The notes beneath the pieces are model-generated. The model searched no databases and had not been told where the DNA came from. It was given only the letters and a program-made list of their open reading frames with translations. 64,000 nt of DNA, from contig NW_018405113.1 of the NCBI RefSeq assembly GCF_002113885.1, positions 3,026 to 67,025 on the forward strand, read 5' to 3'. The position numbers and the translations under genes were made by a program. This document shows, piece after piece, positions 42,701 to 54,700 of the stretch; position 1 is the stretch's first letter, and every line of letters starts with the position of its first letter. Source of the stretch: Mizuhopecten yessoensis (Eukaryota).

Positions 42701-45700
42701 GTATTCTTCCACGAGTTTAGCTGGTTCTACAGCTTTAGGTGGCTTGATATGTGCTGAAATTTAAACTAGGCTTCAAGTCATTGTTTACGAACATAAATGT
42801 ATATTTTGACACTCTCCAATACATTAATACACTTGCAGGGTTTCTAATTCATTTTCGGGTGTACTAGAATTTGGCAACAATCAATCTCTGTTTTTATAAT
42901 CATATTTATGTTTGGGTTTTCTGATCAGACTAAAAGATTTCACTGTGTATGGATGTTATTTGAGAATCACATGTTTCAAGTTATTTCACAAAAGAAATTT
43001 TGGACAGATTTCATCAAAAAAAACTTTCTCTGTTTTTTTACCAGGTGAAATGTTCTGTTGATGCTGGAAACAGAACTATTGACCTTTCACCTCTGGTCAA
43101 GCCAACTGGAGAGTACTCATCTCTGTCCACTATGAATGGGAAAGATGTCTCGTACTACATTAACATCTGCCGACCTCTGAACCCGATCTACGGAACACTT
43201 TGTCCCCCACAGGCCAGTGCTTGTATGCTACAGCCTGGTGGTAGCCCACAGGTAATACTAACAGGTCAACACCAATGTTGTTATGATCAATTAATGATGG
43301 GTTCCTGTTGATTTTCAGCAGTATTTAACTGTTTAAAAGATGTTTTAAATGTTATGATAATTTTTCAGTTAAACAGGAAGTAAAAATATTTTGTTAATTT
43401 CACCCTTGAAATCAAATTCCAGAGATAAATGCCAGAATAACAAAATTTTGATGAATAGGATCCCCCAGTAACTCACCGTGTGCCCACAGCAAGTTGCTGC
43501 ATTATGTCTTGTCTGTCGTCATACTATTCAATGTCAGTTGTCTAGGTGATTAAAGGAGTGCAATTGTTGGGAACCTTCCAAAAGTTGCCAATGTTGTTAA
43601 AATTTAAAAAATAATTGAATCCTGTGGAAAGTCTCTCCTAATATTTTCAATAGATAATAACAGAAATAAGAAATTAGGGTTTTTATTTTCACATTTTAGG
43701 AGGAGATATTGTGACCATTCCTCTCAAACTAGTGAATCCATTTTGACAGTGTAACCCAGACTGAACTCCAATCATAGTATTCCTCTTATTTGAAGTTCAT
43801 TAAATGAATTAATTGATTTAAGAAACAACTTGAAAACAGCAACACACAATTTTACACATCCTTATATGCAATACTACCATTAGCAATATTGTTTTGACTT
43901 TTATAACTTTACAAAATCCTTTTACTTAGATTATAAGCAGTGAATGAGAGTACCCTGTGTAGGCATATTATTTCATAAGATTATATTATTATTTTTTTAT
44001 CAATTAGCGAGAATTCATTTGTTGAATTTTATTTCATAAACGAGAATCAATCACAACAATATTCAGTGACAGTAAAATAATTCTGTTTTCAGAGTTTGGG
44101 GAAAGTAACTGGTCCTCCAGTGCTGGAGAAAGGAACTGGAAAAGTAACCTTAATTTATGAAGGAGGAGATGTGTGCTCGACAAACCAAGCCAAAAATATG
44201 TCGACTAAAATTGTGTTCGTATGCAACCCAGGAGTGTCCAGAGTGAGTACCAACACGGCAATATCTAAGTTATAACTGATCTGACTTGCCTCACAAGACA
44301 GAAGGAAATCTTGTTCTCGGCATACCTTATAATGTCATTTCTTTCTTTTTGAACAATTAGCAGCTATCATAATTATCCTTGAAATTCCAAGGGTTATGCT
44401 CACGGATGTTCTCTGCACTCCAGGAATATGTCATGACAAAATTAATGTCTCTGTATGTGCCACCATGTGAATGATACAAATAGATTAGCTTAATGTACAT
44501 CATTAGAATGGCAGTGTTTAACTATAAAATTGACAGGTTTTGAATCTGATTTTAATGTACACATGTACTATAATATTACATTAACTGTACATAGATTACT
44601 TTCAACAATTTAGTTATCACTGATTACCTGGCTGTACAGGAGTATTCTTCCACGAGTTTAGCTGGTTCTACAGCTTTAGGTGGCTTGATATGTGCTGAAA
44701 TTTAAACTAGGCTTCAAGTCATTATTGACGAACATAAATTTATATGTTGACACTCATCAATACATTAATACACTTGCATGGTTTCTACTTCATTTTCAAG
44801 AGATCTAGGTTTTGGCAACAATCAAGGGTTATGCTCACGGATGTTCTCTGCACTCAAGGAATATGTCATGACAAAATTAAAGTCTCTGTATGTGCCACCA
44901 TGTGAATGATACAAATAGATTAGTTTGATCCTTTAATGTACATCTAAAGAATGGCAGTGTTTAACTGTAACATGGACTGGCATTGAAGTCGTGTATTGCT
45001 TCTCTGTAATCCTCAGAAGGCAGGTATCAGCCTAGCGATAAATCCCTTCAATCAAATCGCCTTCAGATTTGTCATGACATATGCCAGGGGCCAGGAGAAC
45101 CCTGCTGTTGATGAATATATATAAGTTTGGAATGCGACAATCTGAAAAACAGAAAACACAATTATAAAATTGGTGTGTTTAATCTGTAACTTATCAACAA
45201 AGCTAGCCCTGTAATGTAGACATCTAGTTTACTATTCTTTTACATCAAGGTAAGGGGGGGGGGGGGGCAGCCAAATGGCCTCTGCATGGAGANGACCATA
45301 ATACCATTCATAGTAGGTATTTTACAAGTGTCCTTAGTGCAGTACTGCAGAACTCTTTTAAAAGGATATACTTGCCAAATTTAGATAACGTATGTCTGGT
45401 GTCGTTTATGTCAGGATTCAATGTGATATGCTGACGGTGACTGTTATAACTTTTATTACTTTTTTTCATTCATCAAGTCTGGCCCGGTACTACAGGAAGT
45501 GTCGGACTGCCAGTATGTGTTTGTATGGGACACCTCTGTTGTCTGTAGTCAAGACGACACCAATCTACAGCCAGTGGCCAATCAGGATTGTTCTTACAAA
45601 GACGCTCAAACTGGCAACACCTACAACCTTACATACTTCAAAACTTTACAGAAAAGAGAACCAGTGAGTAATTAACGTAGTCGACGTTTGGTAATTTACT

Positions 45701-48700
45701 TGATTGATTGATTGGTTTTACGTCCACTTCACTACCGAGTAGTTTGGTGATCCAGCAGATGTAGAAAAGCAAGGAAAATGAGTAGAAGGGATAAAGTATG
45801 TAGTGAAAGAATAGAAAGGGGAGACAGGGGAGAGAAGGAGCCGTCTATCCTATATGTATTTATGTTCATGAATTTAATTTTTTCCTAGGCCTAATGTTTG
45901 CCTTAACCTAGGTAATGTACAGATCCACTTCAAATAAATACCACTGTGTGCTTATGTACAGTCATATATAGCAGTCAAATCTGGTAAGATACAAATCTAC
46001 TAGAAATAATTACCAGTGTGTTACAATAATTATACATAGTTGTCATAGTTTGGTAACATACAAACTACTACCACTGTGCTTGTGTAAAGTAATATATAGC
46101 TGTTGAAGTTCTATGATATACAACCACTACAAATCCATACCACTGTGTGCTTGTGTACAGTAATATATAGCAGTCAAATCTGGTAAGATACAAACTTGCT
46201 ACAAATAATTACCTGTGTGCTTGTTTATATATAATGGTCTTACTTCCATTTGACTATACATGCTGAAGGCATGTTGCTGTGATAATTCAAATAGTTAAAC
46301 ATCACTTTTTGTTTATTTTTTATTGAAACAGATGAAAAAAAATGGTTTCTCATATTCAATCAACGTTTGTGATAAAGTGGAGACAGCATTACCTGGATGT
46401 GAGACAGCTGGTGTTTGTCGGACCAATAATACGAGAGGGGTCTCCTACGGCAGTGTCGCCCACAGAACTGTGTCAAAGACAGGCAAAGTCATCCAGCTAA
46501 CATACACACAGGGCGATACTTGTGGTGGTTAGTTTCTTTGTAATTAATAGCAAAATGTGAAAATTGGTAAATTGCAGATATGTTTTTTAAACAAAATAAA
46601 GGATCCCTGTGCCACTGCACTGGAGTTTTCCTATATACAGTAACCTCCCTTTAACTTATGTTTGGATGTAGCTGTAGTACATGTACAGTTGGACCGCGAT
46701 GCCTCACTCACACTCACTGGTAGCTGAATCAGTTAGAGTGATGGTAAGATTCATATCTCGGTCTAGCACCGCTGAAGCTTTACACAAGTCTCGCAAAGTA
46801 TGGTTTTCTTTTCATAAATGATTTGGTAAAGCTTAAGTCATGCCTGAAAAAAGTTCCCAATTTTGTTGTTACAGTTTTGGCTGTGATACGGGGAATCCTT
46901 TAATGCTTTCACTTACTTCGGATTGAAAATATGAAATATCGTAAAAAGTAATAAATACTGGCATTGACCAATGATTCCTTGTAATTCAATGGGAAAGCGA
47001 AAGTAAGAATTATATTATACATTATGCTAGATGTCCATGCTCCTTGATTAACTGTCGCTACTGATATTTGTTTATCTTCCAGAGAATAGAAAGCGGGAGA
47101 GTGTGATCACTTTTGACTGTGATACATCTGGCAAAGTCGGCCAACCCAAGTATACCTATGTAAGTACCTCATCTCGTTATCTAACCAAGTACGCCTTTCT
47201 ACATACTTTCTATATTCATGTTACCAGAAATGTCCTTGATACATGTACATGTAAGAAATGTATACAGGGAAATTTTCACTGTAGCTTTGACCTTTTTCGC
47301 CCTCCAAAATGTGGGTTAATTTACCATAACAGTTGATGTAATATTAAAACACAGTATACAGTATATTGAAATTACATATAAAGGGCAAAATGAGCACTGG
47401 GTGATTCTGGTTTTCACTGATAAGGGGGTAAAACTTCCCCACTTTACGCTGTCTCTTTACTTTAGTCTGTTCCATATATCTCACAGCCTTGCTTTCTGCA
47501 CATGTGTAGAAATGACAGCTCATTTCTGACATGGCGGCTTTCTTTGACAAAGGGTTATTTGCAAGTTTTGTGTTGGAGAAAAATAATCAATAATTACTGT
47601 ATAATTCAGGTAGGAAAATCTCCACCTTTGAGTTAAGATTTTAACTGTTGAGACCTTGGCAGAGCCTCTGTGGTGAAACAGTAAATATCCTATAGGTTGA
47701 GATTTTCCCTTCTGCATTATACAGTGTCATTTTATACATAAGAAGTAAGCTCTATATATATTTATAGAGGTAATGTTGTATGTTTTATAGGCCGGTCAGT
47801 GTCATTCTATACATGAGAAGTAAGCTCTATATATATTTATAGCGGTAATGTTGTATGTTTTATAGGCCGGTCAGTGTCATTCTATACATAAGAAGTAAGC
47901 TCTATATATATTTATAGAGGTAATGTTGTATGTTTTATAGGCCGGTCAGTGTCATTCTATACATAAGAAGTAAGCTCTATATATATTTATAGAGGTAATG
48001 TTGTATGTTTTATAGGCCGGTCAGTGTCATTCTATACATAAGAAGTAAGCTCTATATATATTTATAGAGGTAATGTTGTATGTTTTATAGGCCGGTCAGT
48101 GTCATTCTATACATAAGAAGTAAGCTCTATATATATTTATAGAGGTAATGTTGTATGTTTTATAGGCCGGTCAGTGTCATTCTATACATAAGAAGTAAGC
48201 TCTATATATATTTATAGAGGTAATGTTGTATGTTTTATAGGCCGGTCAGTGTCATTCTATACATAAGAAGTAAGCTCTATATATATTTATAGAGGTAATG
48301 TTGTATGTTTTATAGGCCGGTCAGTGTCATTCTATACATAAGAAGTAAGCTCTATATATATTTATAGAGGTAATGTTGTATGTTTTATAGGCCGGTCAGT
48401 GTCATTCTATACATAAGAAGTAAGCTCTATATATATTTATAGAGGTAATGTTGTATGTTTTATAGGCCGGTCAGTGTCATTCTATACATAAGAAGTAAGC
48501 TCTATATATATTTATAGAGGTAATGTTGTATGTTTTATAGGCCGGTCAGTGTCATTCTATACATAAGAAGTAAGCTCTATATATATTTATAGAGGTAATG
48601 TTGTATGTTTTATAGGCCGGTCAGTGTCATTCTATACATAAGAAGTAAGCTCTATATATATTTATAGAGGTAATGTTGTATGTTTTATAGGCCGGTCAGT

Positions 48701-51700
48701 GTCATTCTATACATAAGAAGTAAGCTCTATATATATTTATAGAGGTAATGTTGTATGTTTTATAGGCCGGTCAGTGTCATTCTATACATAAGAAGTAAGC
48801 TCTATATATATTTATAGAGGTAATGTTGTATGTTTTATAGGCCGGTCAGTGTCATTCTATACATAAGAAGTAAGCTCTATATATATTTATAGAGGTAATG
48901 TTGTATGTTTTATAGGCCGGTCAGTGTCATTCTATACATAAGAAGTAAGCTCTATATATATTTATAGAGGTAATGTTGTATGTTTTATAGGCCGGTCAGT
49001 GTCATTCTATACATAAGAAGTAAGCTCTATATATATTTATAGAGGTAATGTTGTATGTTTTATAGGCCGGTCAGTGTCATTCTATACATAAGAAGTAAGC
49101 TCTATATATATTTATAGAGGTAATGTTGTATGTTTTATAGGCCGGTCAGTGTCATTCTATACATAAGAAGTAAGCTCTATATATATTTATAGAGGTAATG
49201 TTGTATGTTTTCTAGGCCGGTCAGTGTCAGGCCCTGTTTTACTGGCGGACGTGTGTGGTGTGTCCCAAAGTGGCTGATGCGTGCTCACTTGGCTACAATT
49301 ACAAAAGCTATGATCTAAGTATGTTGTCAAGTGAAACTGGTGGCTGGAATCTCACTGACGCCAAGGGAAACAGGTGAGGTCAAGGTCATCCCGAACCAAA
49401 AGTCTTATTGCAAAATATTTTACAAAATTTAGGTATGAACATATTTCCTAAATGTAAAACACATCATTTGTGTAAAAACTTACTCTCCGCATTGCATGTC
49501 ATTGAATTTTCACAAAGAATTTTAATTCAGAAAACGAAAAACAATATTATACATGTACATCAAGTCTATAAATGTATTTGAATAAATATTGGCCATAGTT
49601 GTTGTAGTTGACTCTCAATTGTTAAAAAATATGTAAAATATAGAAATTACTTATAGATATTTTGGAGTATTATGCTATAATAAATAAGAATGGTCCTATT
49701 ACTTTGTGTTGGTACAATTACAGTTGAAGCTTACAAACTTTTAAATTTACTTGTCTGGAAAAATTGGTGTCCACTTGGTTGTTATTTTAGAAAATGAGGG
49801 TGTTTTCATTATATATGAGAGTATCTTAATTGTCTTAAAAAAACAGATACTGGATCAACATATGTCAATCAGTGAACAATGGCCCCACAGACTCTGAGGA
49901 GTGCCCACACATGGTGGCAGCCTGGCGACAGACTCCCAGTGGACTGGTGGACAGATTAGGGCTAATCAGCACACAGAAACTCACCATGGACAGTAAGTAG
50001 AACTTAAACAGACAAGTGCTTGTCAGTATAGAGAAACTCACCATACAGGACAGATGGACACAAGGCTTGTTAGTACACACGCACTGAGTGTGTTCGTTTC
50101 TATATGTTATTAAGCCCATGCCTCATAGTCATAAAAAGCCAACCCATATGCAGTAACGTAGAAATGCCAAAAAAGATAAGTTTATTTGCCTGTAATAACC
50201 CAATCCCCCTAGTCAGAGATCATGTGTTGGTCTCCTGTACTTATAGGATAAAATATAAATAATTAATAGGCTTAATAGGCATGAAGAGATGAAGACAATA
50301 ATGTTACCAGGATTGGCCCAGGTGTCTGGCCCCACTACAGGATTATTACATCAGGTATATCAGTAATAACTGACACAGTGATTCACTGGGATATGTAGCC
50401 CTGTAATAGGGCTACATTCGCGTATCCCGGTTGAAACGGTACGTGTGGCGCAGAAATTTTCCACGATAAACGAACACACTTGGACCGTTCTATAAGCAGA
50501 GCTAAAAATCCACAGTTTCGGAGAATAAAAAACAGTGTTTCAAGAATATTATGACCTTTTTTCATCCGTCCATTGAATTACATAACGTATCTTAAAAACT
50601 ACATGTGACTTGACATTGTTTTAGAAAGAAATAACACAAATTGGCAATAGTCAGCATTTTAGTTTCGGTCAGGCACGTCTGGACCCCTCAATCTACACGT
50701 GCCAAATTTTCCTGAGATCAGCCTATGTCCAGATCTGTACCTGTCGTTTTCTTTACTGGTTCAACCGTTTCAACCGGTAACACGAATGTACCCTAGGTGT
50801 TTAAAAGGTTTCTAAGGTCAAGGTTACTGTAACTGGGAAACAAAAAGGTTTCTAAGGTCAAGGTCACTGTAACTGGGAAACAAAAACATGCATGCAGGAG
50901 GGGTTATGGTTGAGTTGTCATTGTTCTAGTATTCAGGAAGAATGAAGCTGCATAGGTTCATTTAAAAAAGATTTGTGTGATATAAGCCCCATGGGTTTTT
51001 TCTCATTTTAATCCAACTGCTACATGTACACATAAAGAAAATTGCAGAATTATAAGTTTGTTGTATAAGTTTTAAACTGGGGGGTTTTCTGATAGAATTA
51101 ATGTATAGGTTTGAAGTTGGTTATATGGGCTGATATAGTTGGTTATTTAGGTTTTAAGCTGGTTATTTGGGCTGATATAACCTGTGTTCAATGTTCTCCC
51201 CACCTTGGGCACAGAGAATACTACACTGAGACTGGTTATATAAGCCCATAAAACATGTTTGCATGGTGTCTATAAATGTAGTTGTTTATAAATATATATC
51301 ATATTTAATGTTGTGTTTATGTTTTTAGCTGATGAGAAGACACTGATTCTACAGTACTTCCAGGGTGACACAGCTTGTTCTAACACAAAGCGACGAAGTG
51401 ACAACTCTCATGCCCAAACCTTGATCAAGTTTGTGTGTGGAAATACTGTCGGAGGCCCGGTTTTCATTGAAAGGTTAGTCAAGTATATATTACATATTTA
51501 CTAACACTTTGGGTATTGGAAAGAGACCATAGTGGCCATAGTCTACACTGATTGCCATACCTACAGAGGTGTTTCAAAGGATCCTAATCTTATACACGTA
51601 TTTCCTCTACAGGGCTACTGTGTTGTAACCATTGGTTAGCGCGGATGGGAAGCATGCGATTTGTGATTTATGAAAGTGATAGAGTATTCATCATAGACAT

Positions 51701-54700
51701 ATCATTGGTTGTTCTGTATATATTTACCAACCTGGAGAAAATAAAAGGGACATACATGTATATGGCATTAACCCTTTCACCCCTATGTCACTATAGTAGA
51801 CTCTACACTGCATTGATATGGATGAGTCCATTATGGTCCACGGTGGTGAAAGGGTTAAGTCCTTTTCTGGTGCTAAGCCCAAAAGAGAAAGAAAGAAGGA
51901 TATTAATGGTCCTAAGAAATTTCCTTGTTGTCTTCCCGTTAATATAATGGGAATTGTTAAAAGATCATGCATATAATATCAATACATAGAACCACACAAA
52001 GATTACCAGAATCTATATAATCTGTAAACCTGATTAAACCAGGCCCTGTATACAATTAGTACAGCTCTGTCTTGATCAAACCTTGTATAATCCTGAAAAT
52101 GAATTAAATCATAATCAACCATATAAACCTATCTAAAACAAACTGTTGTATTACAAAAACCTGTGCAGTTTAGAAACATGTTGAAAACCCTGAACCAAAT
52201 AATCTGTAAGCTGTGTAGTTTTACACGTTCATGTAGGGCATAAGACAATCTTGTATGTCAAAACGTACTGGTCCATTTGGTTTTAGTCAGGTGTTACAGT
52301 GTGAAGTTTTGTTCTTTGAAGTGTAGGTGAGGGTTTAATATAATCAATTGGATTGTTTCTGATTTTTTGTGGTTATAAATATGAATATTATTTGCCATTA
52401 TAAATAAAAACAGTATAAATGATATATTATCTAACCCTTTCACCACTGTAGACCATAATGGACTCATCCAGATCAATGCATGGAAGAGTCTACTAAAGTT
52501 ACATAGGGGTGAAATGGCTAAACTAAAATTATGGATGTAAAACTTGTACAGTATTTTACCGATGATAAGCCCATACCTGATACATAATAAGCTCACCCCA
52601 TTAAGTTTATATATATATTTGTCCATTAAAAATTCTAGTAATAATTGGTTGCTTTTATGTTTATGTACATACAGTAATGAATATTTTGCGTTTTTTTTCT
52701 TTTCAGGGACAATCAAGGTGAATGTGTGTTCGAGTTCCACTGGAAGTCAAAGGTCGCCTGCAGTCTGATTAGGTATGATGTCAACATTGCAAGCAATATA
52801 TATTATATATTATCTTATACTGTAAATTATCAGTAGTGAAGCAGACGTAAAACCTATCAATCAATCGATCAATCAATACTGTAGTGGAACTGGATTGGGT
52901 CGATCGTCAGCGACCAGATAGCTCAATTGGTTAGAGCGTCCGTCTAGAGACCGAAGGGTCCCGGGTTCGAACCCTGGTCTGGCCTTGCATTTTTAGCTCA
53001 CCTGGTACGTGGCGCGGCGTCCGGCGTCAATATTTTACTTTAAACGACTTCTTCTTAATAACCTAAAGGCCTAGGGTGATGATATTTGGCCAGAAGCAAA
53101 CTGGGATGAAGGGTTACAAAGTTTGTTCAAATTTATGACCTTCAATTGTATTCAAGGTCACAGGGGTCAATTGTCTTGAAAAACCTTTAAAACAACTTCG
53201 TCTGAATAACCAAAATGCCCAGGGTGATGATATTTGGCCAATAGCATGCTGAGATGAAGGGCTACAAAGTTTGTTCAAATGAATGACCTTCACCCATATG
53301 CAAGGTCACAGGGGTCAAATATGTAAAAAAAACTTTAAACAACTTCTTCTGAATAACCAAAATGCCCAGGGTGATGATATTTAGTCAGTAGCATACTAGG
53401 ATCAAGGGCTACCAAGTTTGTTTAAATGTATGACCTTGAATCATATTCAAGGTCACAAGGAGCAAATATGTTCAAAATATTTAAACAACTTGTTCTGAAT
53501 AACCAAAAGGCTCAGGATGTTGATATTTAGTCAGTAGCATGCTGGGATCAAGGACTACGAAGTTTATTCAAATGAATCACCTTCACCCATATTCAAGGTC
53601 ACAGGGGTCAAATTTGTTTAAAATCTTTAAACAACCTCTTCTGAATAACCATGAGTCCCAGGATGTTGATACTTTGCAAGTTGCATCCTGAGATGAAAGG
53701 CTATAAAATTTGTTCAACATAATGACTTTGTTCGACTTTCAATCACAGGGGTGAAATGTTTTTAAAAAGATTAACAGGTTCTTTTGAATGAATTTTAATC
53801 ATAAATACTGATATTTTGCTTGTAGCTTTAATTTAGATCACTTTTAATGTTACAAGTGTGAGATTTATACCAGGTGAGCGATGCAGGCCCATTGGGCCTC
53901 TTGTTCCTCTCCTGTTACATTTGGCGCCCAACTAAATATACCCACAAAAGGTGTTATGGGGTCTTGTGTGTCTTCGGGGTCCAAGACTTTGTTAAAGGAG
54001 AGAGGAATGTAGCGGAACTGGACTGGGTCGATCGTCGGCACCAGGTAGCTCAATTGGTTAGAGCGTCCGTCTAAAGACAGGAGGGTCCCGGGTTTGAACC
54101 CCGGTCTTGCTGTATATTTTTTACCCTCCTGTTACAATACCATCAAAAAATGTTAACAGGAAAATATTACTGAAGTTTGTATACTTAATAATTGAATATT
54201 TGATATACATTACAGTCAGACAGTCAAAGACAAAGATGGCGCTGTGAAAGATCCAGAAACTGGTGGTGTAATCAACCTAAATAAACTTGGGTAAGTGTAG
54301 TGAGAGTGTAGTCTACCTCAATAAACTTAAGTAGGAATCAGAAAGTCAGTTGTCTCTTACCAGGAAGGAACCAGTGAGAGTTACAGTTAGCTGGAGTAGG
54401 GGGTAGGGAGTGGTTTCTTCTCATGTACAATGTCTGTAGGAGGAAATATACCATTAAATCATGTCTTCAGGAAACTTCAATCATGGGGTGTCTTTGAAAA
54501 TTTATACAAGTCTTTGTGCAATATTAATTAATACAACGACTTTTGATAATCTTGGTAATTCAGATGTTCAGTATATACAGATACAGCACTATAGACCAAT
54601 GAAACCTTTCTCGTACTCAAAAAGCCAGATACTGTGCTGGCCCAAATCCTTGATCAGGTGATAAATTATTCAAATTTCACATTTTTCAAATAATTAAAGG

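Larger units (their letters stand above)
42606..44966. repeat. Local duplications: B (42606-42884 = 44547-44825) and A (44388-44523 = 44823-44966)
   Basis: Near-identical ~280-bp and ~140-bp blocks. Confidence 0.85.

Noticed and set aside
47722-49229. CRISPR-like regularity in this and the 47-bp and 48-bp arrays
   Set aside because: No unique spacers, no cas genes, eukaryotic intron context; these are minisatellites.
52912-52984. Apparent tRNA gene (and a second at about 54039-54111)
   Set aside because: Imperfect acceptor and anticodon stems, and both copies lie inside the LTRs of a TRIM.
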